A stretch of 63,972 nt of DNA, the filler included, from Trypethelium eluteriae (Eukaryota), in assembly GCA_051942245.1 (NCBI GenBank). It is 3 parts of 3 records of this genome, joined end to end, with 100 filler letters (N's around TTAATTAATTAA, not from the genome) between each part and the next. Parts side by side here need not be neighbours in the genome. Positions count along the whole stretch, not along the records: positions 1 to 22,107 come from JAVECL010000448.1; positions 22,208 to 44,269 come from JAVECL010000449.1; 1 more part is not named here. The stretch is one strand, 5' to 3'. The translations under genes and the position numbers were made by a program. The notes beneath the pieces were generated by a model, which saw only the letters and a list, made by a program, of their open reading frames with translations, was not told the DNA's origin and ran no database searches. This document shows, one piece after another, positions 13,980 to 24,791 of the stretch; the first letter of the stretch is position 1; every line of letters begins with the position of its first letter.

Positions 13980-14920
13980 AGTAAGACACGAACAGGCACA
14001 CAGAATTGGATAACAGGGATTGGTACAAAGTTAATAGAGCCAATTCGCAAGGGAAATGAGATTTGCAAAGAAACAGAGAGCGACGTGAAAAATCTAGCGC
14101 ATGTGGTGCATTCGAGTTACATATGTGCCGACAGATGTACAAATGAGGCTGAAAGCTCCTCACAGTGCTGCAAATCAGCTTTCATCATGGGTGATTCAGC
14201 CTTGTAGGGGGCCTACATGTTACAGCCCTCTAAACCCCGGAATAGGAGTATGCATACTACTACAAATACAGTTTAAGTGGGTTTCTACCGGCGTCTCACG
14301 GAGTTGCCCTTAGCGAAGTGGCCCTCGCCAAGCTTCCTACACGTCCCGCTCACGCAATTCTGGCGCTTCTAGAATCATGGGCATTTGCTCAGATATATCG
14401 AATCAGGCAAGGCTCGATCTTAAAGTGGAGCTTGAACAAGAAAGTGAAGGATCAATCAAGTTTCACAATGATACTTCCAGGAGTAGCTTTTGTTGGCTCG
14501 ATCCTACGTCCGATACTAGACTGAGGTCTGCGTAGGCAGACCAGAATATCTTCCCTCTAAACCAAGAGCTTGCCACTCGTCTGTGACTAACACGTCCAGT
14601 TGAGCTACTACTCAGCAATATTTGCTTCAAGAATGGTCATTGGTCCCCTCGTAGAGCCCGAGTTTGCACTCTTCCAGGCGTAGAGAAGTTCCTTGGGTGG
14701 AGTGAATCGGGGAGGAGGGTTAAGCTCACAGCTGCCAATGCATGCACTGCCTCAACGATGCATAGTGGCTTGCTACCTGGAATGTTGCCGCTGGAACATA
14801 GATTGGTACCGTCTCTATCCTCAAGCGATGAGATAATTTCTGCAGTTTCACGTACAAATACCAAAATATCAAGGCTTAGTCGTGGTTGGGGACTGTGCGC
14901 TACTCTAGCTATCAACCAAT

Positions 14921-16747
14921 ATGCCCAATACCTTTATGTCCTCCACCAAGTCTGAGGGGGACAGCCAGACAATTGTTCGAAGATTCAGCAGAAAGGCTAC
15001 TGACGAGTTTCCAGAAGATGATCTCGTAACATCCTTGGCCGTCAAAGAAGCCCGAGATGAAAATGAGGAACAGCGGAGAAGGTCGCTTGCCTACCTATGG
15101 CAAGATCTGTTCAGGACACAACATGCCGCAATGACTCACAATGGCACTGCTGAAGATCAGGCGCTGGACCAAGCAAGTCGTGAACTTGCTCAGGCTTGGC
15201 TGGACTTCCAAAGACTTTTACCAGATGGACATAGATCCAAAGTTGATGATTCTCCACCCCGCCTTGAGGACGTCTACAAGGCTGTGACGGCAGCGTCTGA
15301 CCAAGTAAAAACGAATCGAGAGGAGAGTACAATTGGAAGGCTGAAAGGACGTTTTAACAAGCTCTGCAGCAACCTAAACTCCCATAGGGATTTATTCGCT
15401 GTTGTGCCTGACGGCGATAAATATATTTCGATTCTAGCTGGAAGCTTTTCGGCTCTTGTCAAAGCTTCCGCGAGATACGAGAAGATTGGAGAGACTGTGG
15501 GCAGAGCTCTCGAGGAACTCAGCGATAGATTGCCTTATTGGCATCGACAAATGAGGATCCATCGTGACAATGCATTCATGCAGCGCTATATTGCACTCCT
15601 CTATGTTGCAATCTTCCGGTTCTTGACAGATATCATGAAAGAATGGTTCAAATCCGGCTGGGAGCGACTGCGCCGTGCATTTGATACCGACTTCATTGAT
15701 AGACGTCTCAATACCGCGACTGACGAGATCAAAAATCTGTCTGACAAGCTGGAAAAAGAGTCGAAACTTGCCACAGAAGCAAGAATCCAGATGATGCCAA
15801 CATCTGGCGACTTCACGACCTGGATGCGACAATTTCAGGAGGAACTGTTCAGTCGGATGGGCGAAACCATACAGAATCAGTTACGCTGCGAATATGAAAC
15901 TCATTTCGCTCAGATGGTGAATATGGTCACCGCACGAAGCCCGAGTCCTATGTTAGCTCTATCTGGTCACAACAGCGCAGGCTCGGCTGACATCGGTGTT
16001 ATGGAAGACTGGTCAAGCCTGGCAGCGCCTTTCGAAAAGGTCGATCAGAAAGACTTGCGCCGAGATCTCGTCGAGAGGAGTAGAAATTTACACATGAACT
16101 TCGACATCCTAAAACGTATCCAGTACTGGTTCCTAGAGCCGGTATCAAGGACCTTGTGGATTTGCGGCCTCTTCCAAGCGCCTATACCATCTCGAACGAC
16201 GCTGATGAGTGCTTACATCTTTGATGTTGCGGAGAAAGCCAAGGTACCGGTCATTGCATATTTTTGTGATCGTATGGCGCAGAACCCCCCGGAAAAGGCT
16301 CTTCTAAACTTGACGTATTCTTTGATCTTCCAAATCGCGGCGTATATGCAGAATAGCCCAAACACAGATTGGAGCGCACTCCGTACTCAGTTCGACAAAT
16401 TAGATGGCTCAATAGATTCCCTACAATTAGCGTTGACGCTGCTGGAAGAAATTATCAGCAACGGCCCTGAACTCATTTTCTGTATCATTGATGGGCTTGA
16501 AAAGATCTCATATCCACTCAAAAATCGACCTGAGTTGGCGGAGTTTCTTCAAATCCTTCAACGTCGAACAGACACCAAGCCGTCCAGAAAGGGACCACAT
16601 ATCAAGGCATTTTTCACGACGGATGGCTTTACGGATGCGCTAGCTCACCTAGATGCGGAGGAAAGGTTGGAGGTGCAGGACTTCGAGCGAGATACTGAGG
16701 CCGAATTTGGACCTGGGCAGGATCCGATGACTTTCCTAACGCTATGA
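14921..16747 (+). CDS. Intronless 608-aa NACHT/STAND-like protein with helical N-terminal domain (DUF7708-like) and degenerate P-loop
   Basis: Helical N-part (LFAVVPDGDKYISILAGSFSALVKAS, IALLYVAIFRFL), then I..WF.....TLWICG, VPVIAYFC, LTYSLIFQI, LIFCIIDGLE (Walker B-like) and KAFFTTDG. There is no GKS/T after LWICG. Confidence 0.7.
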   Translation: MPNTFMSSTKSEGDSQTIVRRFSRKATDEFPEDDLVTSLAVKEARDENEEQRRRSLAYLWQDLFRTQHAAMTHNGTAEDQALDQASRELAQAWLDFQRLLPDGHRSKVDDSPPRLEDVYKAVTAASDQVKTNREESTIGRLKGRFNKLCSNLNSHRDLFAVVPDGDKYISILAGSFSALVKASARYEKIGETVGRALEELSDRLPYWHRQMRIHRDNAFMQRYIALLYVAIFRFLTDIMKEWFKSGWERLRRAFDTDFIDRRLNTATDEIKNLSDKLEKESKLATEARIQMMPTSGDFTTWMRQFQEELFSRMGETIQNQLRCEYETHFAQMVNMVTARSPSPMLALSGHNSAGSADIGVMEDWSSLAAPFEKVDQKDLRRDLVERSRNLHMNFDILKRIQYWFLEPVSRTLWICGLFQAPIPSRTTLMSAYIFDVAEKAKVPVIAYFCDRMAQNPPEKALLNLTYSLIFQIAAYMQNSPNTDWSALRTQFDKLDGSIDSLQLALTLLEEIISNGPELIFCIIDGLEKISYPLKNRPELAEFLQILQRRTDTKPSRKGPHIKAFFTTDGFTDALAHLDAEERLEVQDFERDTEAEFGPGQDPMTFLTL

Positions 16748-16788
16748 AAGACGCGAAAGAAACACATCAGTCATGGAGCTGCTATTCT

Positions 16789-17734
16789 TCATTCTTCCGC
16801 CATTTTTGCCCTTTCTCTCAACCCAGGCGCCGTTGTTGACCGACCCTCCATATCCGAAGCCCACAATGCTGCGCCCACGGTGTTCGTGAAGGCGAAGAAG
16901 ATTCCAACAACGGGCACCATCTCAAGAAGTGTTGCAACCACTCCGAACCCTGTGTATGCGCCTCGCCTCTCTTCTACAAACTGCTCCTGCTGTCGGCGGC
17001 TCATTCCTTTGAGCTCAAAGTATCGAGAATGTAAGAAAGGTCCGGTTCGCTTGCCTTGCAACATGACAAACAAGACTGTCCCGACGACAGGAATGAAATT
17101 GAGCGGCAGATACATGAAGTATCGTACGAGTGCCTTAGGAGTGAATTTCGCAAAAGGTCTTGTAAGCATTTTGCCGAGGCGTTGCATAGGATCATGGCCG
17201 GGTTTGACTTCGCGGCCGCGGGTGACGAGCGCAGTCTCACTGCGAGACACAAGCGTCTGTGGTGCTATTAGCATCCTTCTGAATGATATGGACGCACTTC
17301 CAGACATACGCCATCGAATGTATCAACTAGTGCACTTTCCACCCACCAAGCGCGTGCTCCAATATTGGTCAGCGTCGAGCTCTCGCTCAGCACCAATCCT
17401 GCAGCACTGATGGCTGCCAACGGGCCTTCGAATAAAGCCATAACAGCCATTTGTGGCACATATGTGACGAGAAACATGAACGCTGTGACGCCGAGACCGA
17501 GGCTCAAGGTTGGAGTAAGATTTGACAACAATGGGGACCAGAGAGAACGGTGTCGAAGGAAATAGAGTATTCCCTGTTGTCATTTAGCATTAATGATACC
17601 GTCGACTTTGTCATTTATAACAGTGAGCAGACCTTGATAGGATAGAGATATGCACCTGAACGGGCTGCATCGCGCGTAAGAGTTTGAATACGCTTCGCAT
17701 CTTCCTCAGCGATCTTCTGGATCTTGTCGGACAT
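16789..17734 (-). CDS. EI24/Rrt8 (Lds)-family multi-pass membrane protein; exons 17734-17633, 17573-17310, 17256-16789
   Basis: Spliced SGAYLYPIK/GILYFL..., ALVDTFDG/TLVSR, YLPLNFIPVVG, HSRYFELKGM, FAFTNTVGAALWASDME; two canonical introns. Confidence 0.85.
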
Positions 17735-18263
17735 GTTTTGCGAAACGTGATGGTGAAGTGGTTGAGACAAGCCTTGAAGACATGAGCGACAATGCGTAAA
17801 ATGTGAAAGGCAACGACGTCATTGCGGGTACAGTATTCGCATGTTTACATCTTTCCAAATTGGGCGAAAATTGTGGGGTAATAATTGCAGCAGCAGTGCT
17901 CGATACAGCACCCCTGCTGATACTCCTCCACTCATCACCACACCACCAACTTGTATAGTCATCCAGGGTATTGCTGTTATGCACGGTCGGATGTCAAGTT
18001 TACTATTACTGAAGGAGATTTCAACCGAAACACTGCCAAGGGAAATGATTGATCAGATTGAATTAGGACCGTGCTATGCTACATCAATTGCATTCTGTGA
18101 GGTATAAAATGAGTCATGCTGCATTAAGGGATATCATTTCGCCAATCAACTTCCACCTGCAATCTGTTCCCCCGCATCTGTTTCGGCTTAACCCCTGATC
18201 AGAACACAACATAGGTGACGGGCTAGAAGTAAAAGGTATCTAGACATTGATGGTGTGTTGATT

Positions 18264-19600
18264 CTAAGGGACAGTCTTGTTACCGCCGATGGTCTTGGAG
18301 TTGTCAAGGTCGGAGTCGACACGAGGGTCAGCTTTGTTAAGAAGATCAGACTACGCAGATGAGTTAGCGAAGTGCTCACAGACAATATAGTCTTCGCTGG
18401 GGGATGATACCTTGTGTGGTCCAGCAGTGTTGGGAGCAGGTCCAGGAAGGCCAGAAAGGGTATCAGTAGTAGAACCAGTACTCGGAGCGCCAGTAGTAGA
18501 GCCAACACCAGTGGTACCAGTGGTACCAGTAGTACCAGTAGTAGAGCCAGTGTCATGGACGCCAGTGGTGCCAGTCCCTGTTGAAGATGCGGTAGTTGAC
18601 GCAAGTCCCGCATTCTTTGAGCCATCACGGTCCGAGTCAATACGAGGATCAGCTTTGTTGCTGAGCGTGGACTCGTGTGGACCACCGTGCGTAGAAGTAT
18701 GAGAAGGAACATCGGAAGTAAAGGTGCTACTCGGATGAGTACCAGTAGTTCCGCTATGAGGGTCAAGTGCTTCGCCAGCTCTGGTTGTATGGGTACCCGT
18801 AGACGTAGTGGCAGCGCTAGCATTGCGGGAGCCGTCAAGGTCAGAGTCAACACGAGGATCTGCTTTGTTGCCTAAAGTAGAGCTGTGCGGGCCGGCTCCA
18901 CTGACTGTGCCCTCAGTAGCTGATCCAGCACCAGTAACGGTGTTGTGGGTACCAGTGCCATCGAGACCACCGACGCGGGAACCGCTAAGGTCAGAGTCAA
19001 CGCGAGGATCTGCTGTGTTACCCAAAGTAGAGCTGTGCGGGCCAGCTCCACCGACTGTGCCCTCAGTAGCTGAACCAGCGCCAGTGACAGTGTTGTGGGT
19101 ACCAGCGCCTTTTGATAGACCTGCGTTGCGGGAGCCGTCAAGGTCAGAATCCACACGAGGGTCAGCTTTGTTGGCAAGGCCTGAACTGTGTGGGCCGACC
19201 CCGCTGGTGGTTGCTCCAGTCTCAGCTGTGGTGCCAGAGCCTGCGCCCGTCACGCTATTGTGAATCCCGCCAGTCGAAAGTGCAGGGTCAGAGGTACCAG
19301 AAGAGGGCACGGCCGCTCCAGTAGAGACGTTCGAAGGAGCATGGGCGGCGTGTGTGGTGGGCTCAGTAGTCTATGCAAATTAGTTACGCTCTCCAAATTC
19401 AAGAGACACAATCATACAGGAGCTCCGCCAGTAGGAGCAGCAGAATGAGTGCTGGTCCCAGTGGTCGTAGGATGGGTAGTAGACGAGGTAGTGGGATGAG
19501 TTGTAGACGAAGTAGTGGGATGAGTCTCGGTCACGTCTGAGCTATCGTGTTTTTTGTCAGAGGAAACAAGCTCCTTAGCTTTCTCAATGATCCCAGACAT
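18264..19600 (-). CDS. Fungal dehydrin-like hydrophilin with DPR repeats (DprA/B/C, TbDHN1 type); exons 19600-19418, 19370-18411, 18350-18264
   Basis: Five copies of GPH.S.L.N(K/T)ADPR(V/I)DSD.(D/S) in a Gly/Thr/Ser-rich chain. The last repeat is split by an intron (GPHK/SDLLNKADPRVDSDLDNSKTIGGNKTVP*). Confidence 0.9.
18808..19200 (-). repeat. Coding tandem repeat of ~150-nt (about 50-aa) DPR units
   Basis: Near-identical blocks such as gtagagctgtgcgggcc...actgtgccctcagtagctga...tgttgtgggtaccag recur at about 18878 and 19027. Confidence 0.85.
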
Positions 19601-20472
19601 GATGAAGCAGATAAGTTTCGGAAGAAGAAAGCTTCAAGGTCAAAAAGGTAAAATTCAATAGAGCAAATGTAGCAAGGTTGTTCTGAAAACTCGTTGGTTG
19701 AATGGGTGGTGGAGAAGGAAGGGGAGGCAGGAGAAGAAGCAGGACTCTTATACCTAAGTGAGGGACTGACGTAGGCAGGACAAAGCAGGTACTTCTTACC
19801 TCACCTAATCCATGCAAGGTAAGGTGAGTTAGGTAGGTAGAGCTTTGGTAGGCTCCCAAATCACTGCACAGAACCTGTTATGTACCAAGAAATGGAAGGG
19901 TCTTGCAGCGTGACTGCCAAGTCTCGCATTAATTCAATATTCACCGTACGTGGGGCACGTCCTGGTTCGCTCATTTCGATATCATTGCTGTATCGTCACT
20001 GAGAATCTATGCGTGATTGGTATATCAGCTCCTAGGATTCTCACCATAAAGAGCAAATAGAAAACATCCACGAGAGTATCCTCGCGCAGATGTCCTACCT
20101 GTCCAACGCAACTTCTCGGTTTCGTCATTCTAACCTAGCTCATGATACATCAACTTGGCGTATGCGCTACGCACCGACCCAATGATCATCGAACACAAAC
20201 CTTGGACAGCATGCTTTGGAGCTTGGCTTGATCAGAAGCACGATGTTCAATTTAGGCATTTTGCGCCACCTACGCACAGCCACACTGTGAAACCCTGGCA
20301 GGGCATGATCCAATGACGATAGTGCTGCGCCACAACATCATCAACCTTTGGACATGTGACGTTCAAAAAGTTTAACCACCTGCATATGGAAACAGGCCTC
20401 CAACAATAAATCTAATTGCATGCGTCACGCTGACATCACATTCCGTCAACCTAAAATCATCCTTTCGCAGAT

Positions 20473-21216
20473 ATGATTCATGAGAAATCGTCCTCGCGCC
20501 TTGACATGACCATTCCTAACCCGCAGCCCATTGACCAACCTCCGGAAAGCCGATCGACCGAAGACAATACCTTCGCCGATATATTCGATTCTTCTCCGCT
20601 GGGTGCTTCCCAGAATTCTGCTCCAGTTGCCGAACCCTCTGAAATTCCCCGCCTGCGCAGCACTCACATCAACGCCGGCTACCGCGATGGTATCTCCTCG
20701 AGTAAAGTCCGCTATGTCCAAGACGGCTTCGATGAGGGGTACTCGCTCGGTGCAACCATTGGTCTAAAAGCCGGCTTCGTGTTGGGTGTCGCGGAGAGCA
20801 TGATGAAGGCACTAGGAAGACGGAGACTGATTGTCAGAAAGGGTCTGTCTAGTACTACGACCGCGACTTTCGGGTCCAGCCAGGTCAGTGATGGAAAACA
20901 AGAGCATAGCCGGCTGAAGCAGCGCGAGGACTTGGAGCATAAAAGGGGGAAGATGCTGGTAGAGGCGGAAGCGGTGCGGGCGGGGGCGAGCAAAGAGCTT
21001 GCAGTCCCGAGCTTGTTTGGGCGACAATATTTCGGGGAGGATGGAGTTTGGACGTATGACGTTCCGGGTGAAGAGGAGGAGGTTACATTCGTAGAAATTG
21101 CGGATGCGCATCCCCTTATAGAGAAGTGGACGAAAGTCATCCGAGATCTAGTTGCTGCTTGGGAGGTGGATCTTGAGGCATGCGCAAAAGCAGTCCAACT
21201 GCAAGATGAAGGCTGA
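20473..21216 (+). CDS. YAE1: Yae1 (CIA adaptor for Rli1/ABCE1 Fe-S maturation)
   Basis: SEIPRLRSTHINAGYRDGISSSK..VQDGFDEGYSLGATIGLKAG deca-GX3 motif; YFGEDGVWTYDV and AHPLIEKW; single exon. Confidence 0.88.
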   Translation: MIHEKSSSRLDMTIPNPQPIDQPPESRSTEDNTFADIFDSSPLGASQNSAPVAEPSEIPRLRSTHINAGYRDGISSSKVRYVQDGFDEGYSLGATIGLKAGFVLGVAESMMKALGRRRLIVRKGLSSTTTATFGSSQVSDGKQEHSRLKQREDLEHKRGKMLVEAEAVRAGASKELAVPSLFGRQYFGEDGVWTYDVPGEEEEVTFVEIADAHPLIEKWTKVIRDLVAAWEVDLEACAKAVQLQDEG

Positions 21217-21978
21217 GAAACATCCAAGGACATCTCAAAGCTTGTCAGCGGGTGTCGAAACCGCTTGGAAGAACAAAGTGGCAATGCGTTGACTTGCCCT
21301 CACTAGGCAAAACTCCGTTACCGGAATCGCTCCTCGCCATAGACCATATATGTGAGGCCAAATTTTGCTACCAAGCAAGAATTTATCGCGATTCAAAGGA
21401 CTGCGCATGAACCATGGTTGCCGAGAATAGGTGAGAGAGATCAAGCCAAATTCGTAGCTCATTGAGCAACCCAGAGGCTGTCGATACCGTGAGAAACGCC
21501 GTCTTCAGGACCTTAGGAGTTGAAGAATTGTGTCAATAGTGAATTGATATTTCGAAGTTTTAGGCTACCTATGCACAACATCATTACTCCTTCCGCCAAT
21601 GCTTCACTTTGCCCTTCATGCACAGCGCCACGCTAGATGGCCGAGACCTGCGGTCGCGACAAGAATACACCACAAAGCAGCGCCAGTGACATATCCGAGT
21701 ATGCAATCAAACAAAAGAGATCCACCCATCGGAAACAAGATCAATGGAGAAAGGAACAGTGTAGAAAGAAAGAAAGAAAGAATACATTCCCTTTTAATAT
21801 CCCAGAGAAACGCCATTGCTAATGCGAATGCGGTGGGTATGCGCTGATGCGGATACGAAAGACAGCATCCACATAGGAGCAGTGGAATAGACAAAGTGCC
21901 CAACCTCCCACAGAGCCGAGCCTGCCTCATTCGAAACATCTTTCATCAGCTCTATCCCCTTCAATGAACTGTAATTTA

Positions 21979-22107
21979 TCAATATGGCCGGCTCGTCCCA
22001 CTCGCCCGACTCGGACTCGTCCGACTCCTCTCATCCTCCTCCAACACATCACTCAACCTCGTCGGATGATGATGCCTCGGCATCCCCTCCCACCCACTCC
22101 CGTACCC
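21979..22107 (-). CDS. 3' end of an unidentified gene truncated by the assembly gap
   Basis: Open frame from the gap edge: GYGSGWEGMPRHHHPTRLSDVLEEDERSRTSPSRASGTSRPY*; protein-like with coding-type G-ending codons. Family not recognised. Confidence 0.5.
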   Translation of the reverse strand, partial: GYGSGWEGMPRHHHPTRLSDVLEEDERSRTSPSRASGTSRPY

Positions 22108-22207
22108 NNNNNNNNNNNNNNNNNNNNNNNNNNNNNNNNNNNNNNNNNNNNTTAATTAATTAANNNNNNNNNNNNNNNNNNNNNNNNNNNNNNNNNNNNN
22201 NNNNNNN
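22108..22207. other. Artificial contig linker / gap
   Basis: 44 N + TTAATTAATTAA (stops in all six frames) + 44 N; an identical copy lies at 44270. Confidence 0.98.
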
Positions 22208-23534
22208 GTGCCGGATCCGGGGGCGTATGGGTTGTTGATGTTGTTGGAGGGGTTGTGTACGGATTGAGTGTTCCTTTTTTTTTTTTTTAGGGGAGGAGGG
22301 TATGGCTGGGAATGAGAGGCGGGAGGTAGAGTAGAATTGTAGCGCAAAGCATTCCGTGGATCATAGTGTGGCTGTCTGCTGGTCTAAGGATTCTGTGATG
22401 GTTCCCCCTGCTGATGAAGATTGAGAGGCGGAACTCCGCTCGTCTCATTGTTTCTACGCTGGCGTCGGAACAGCGATATTTCAACCTGCCTACACGCATG
22501 GAGGGATTTATGGGTGTATCCCTTGGCCTAGTATTCGGTTCGCAGTGATGTGAGAAGCTTCTTGATGCATGTATAATTGGCTTCTATGTCTCCAGAAAGC
22601 CTTGCATATCATGGAGAAAACGGTGAGATGAAAAGAGGCGTTGGTGGTGCATCCATGGCTTTTGGTACCTTTTGGCCCTCATATTGACGCGCGACAATCC
22701 GACGTGCAGTGCTGGATCCTCAAAATCTATGCCAACTTGGACAAAACATTTGGTGTGATACTTTTGCGAGTGCCATGACTAAGCTCCCATCTTCTCTTAA
22801 GGAGGGGCAACCCTGTCTTGGTGACGTATCGTCTTGGAAGACATCTTTATCGAAGTCCAAGTTGGCAGGTAAAGTCTTCAAAAGCCTTGTATGATGTCAT
22901 AAGAGATTTTGACCATATCCCTGCACTCCCTGCAAGACTAGCTGTACCTACTTACCTGAATCGGTTACTCTGTTGTGGAGGCCAGACAAGCGAAGCACCC
23001 TTGCCGGTCGCGCCTCTTATGCAAGTTGTGACCTTCTCAACCCCTAGAGAACCCACTCCCGACGGAATCTTGATATGCTGTTTCGTTAAGTCGTTAATTT
23101 TTATTACCCCTTTCAGCATGTATAGCTCTACTCTCTTTGATATCTGAAATGTAAAAGCCCATCGCGTCAGTACTCGACGGGCACCACTGGGATCGACACT
23201 GGATCTGTTGCCGCAGACTTACAGCTTCAGGATCCCATCGGGCGTTCCGGATTACGAGAATGCTTATGTGGGCACAAAGATGGCCTGACCTTTCTGTGCC
23301 TTAAGTTGTACCGTGTCCTCGCGTTCAGCGTCACTGTATGCCTAGATGAAGTCAGCCCTCTTCGAAACCCTCCGTGAGTTCGACGTTGATCTCAAGAATG
23401 TCCACTTGTCCTGCTGTACATCGGTCTGGGCCCCCTTTTCGTTGATATAGTAATGCCATTTTCTCTTCTTTCTTGTTAAGCCAATATGTGGAGATCTTGT
23501 AGATGTTCCATCGACATTCCTTACTATTTCCAAA

Positions 23535-24416
23535 ATGTCCTTTTTCGCATTGGCTGTTGCCCTGCTGGTCATGGGTGCCATTGCCGCTCCAGATCCGAGG
23601 CAATATATGCCTCCACTCCCTAATTCAGTTACGGCCGACCTAAGTAAACTGAGCGCTACCGAATACAAGACCTTCACGATTCGTGATCCGTCCGATCAGG
23701 GTCTTCCTCCTGATTTGACGGGAGTCCAGGACAGGTGCTTCACCAACCATTGTCTCGTCTACACTTTTGATGATGGCCCTTCCGACCTAATGCGCAAAGT
23801 GGTAGATCAAGCGGTCCAAGGTGGCTTCAAAGTCACGTTCATGGTTAATGTCAATAACCACGTCTGTATCTACGACGAGAAGAGAGTTGCCGACCTCCGC
23901 TACGCCCAGAGCAAGGGCATGGAGTTCTGCTCTCACACAGCTACTCATCCTCACCTCGATAAATTGACAAACGCCCAAATTGATAAGCAGATCGAGGCTG
24001 TCGATACCGCGCTCTGGAAGATTCTCGGTGTGGTCCCTAGCTGTATTCGACCTCCTTTCGGTGAGGCCAATGGGGAAGTTGTCGAATACATCAACCAGCG
24101 CCATCGCAAGGTCGTCGTGAATTGGGATGTCGATACGGAGGACAGTATGGGTGCCTCAGTAGCTACGAGCGAGAAGAGGCTACAGTACGTCGAGTCACCC
24201 ATGCGTGCTATCATTCTCATGCATGAGACCATCGGCACGTCGCCTGACCAGCTCTTCCCTGATGCCATCAAGATGGCAGAGAGCCACGGATATACCCCGG
24301 CTGACATGCAGACTGTGTCAAAAGGGCTGAAATACAACCCTTATGCACTTGAAGGCCCCCAGGGAAAAAGGGACTCAAGTTGGACTTGTAATGGTCTTAC
24401 TCCACTGCAACCTTAA
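23535..24416 (+). CDS. Secreted CE4 polysaccharide (chitin) deacetylase, catalytic domain only
   Basis: Signal peptide MSFFALAVALLVMGAIA; NodB motifs TFDDGP, SHTATHPHL, RPPFG, DTEDS, IILMHE all intact; intronless. Confidence 0.93.
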   Translation: MSFFALAVALLVMGAIAAPDPRQYMPPLPNSVTADLSKLSATEYKTFTIRDPSDQGLPPDLTGVQDRCFTNHCLVYTFDDGPSDLMRKVVDQAVQGGFKVTFMVNVNNHVCIYDEKRVADLRYAQSKGMEFCSHTATHPHLDKLTNAQIDKQIEAVDTALWKILGVVPSCIRPPFGEANGEVVEYINQRHRKVVVNWDVDTEDSMGASVATSEKRLQYVESPMRAIILMHETIGTSPDQLFPDAIKMAESHGYTPADMQTVSKGLKYNPYALEGPQGKRDSSWTCNGLTPLQP

Positions 24417-24791
24417 TTACCTTACGAGCACTCCGTGCATAGTCTTTGATGATACCCATTACATAGAAATTGATGGTTCCTGTTGGGCGAGGAGCCTTTT
24501 AATCTTCAGTCATGAGCAATCTTGTAGAATAGTCACTCATCTGTCTAGATCATACAGGATCCTATCCCACAAGCATCCTAGTAGTCAAGGACGATAATTT
24601 AGTATGACATCATTTAAGAAACTATGGAAGACCTGCCTAGACAGCCCTGTGCCCCCTTCGAGCCGGGGGGGCCTCCAATAAAATTCTGAGCTTATTGCGA
24701 GCAGCCTCGATTAAAGCTAAGGATACCGCTCACAGCTGCCCTACATCGTATTCGAGAAGAGAGATTAGATCTCTACCCATGCCCACTGGCC

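Noticed and set aside
18264..19200. Regularly spaced repeats as a CRISPR-like array or mobile element
   Set aside because: They are in-frame coding DPR repeats with synonymous variation in a eukaryotic gene.
21616..21939. 107-aa hydrophobic ORF as a small membrane protein
   Set aside because: Lies in the probable T-rich 3' UTR of the gap-truncated gene, which explains the hydrophobic translation; no family recognised.
22152..22163. TTAATTAATTAA palindrome flanked by Ns (also 44314-44325) as a biological element
   Set aside because: Identical 44N-12-44N construct twice; a six-frame-stop scaffolding linker.
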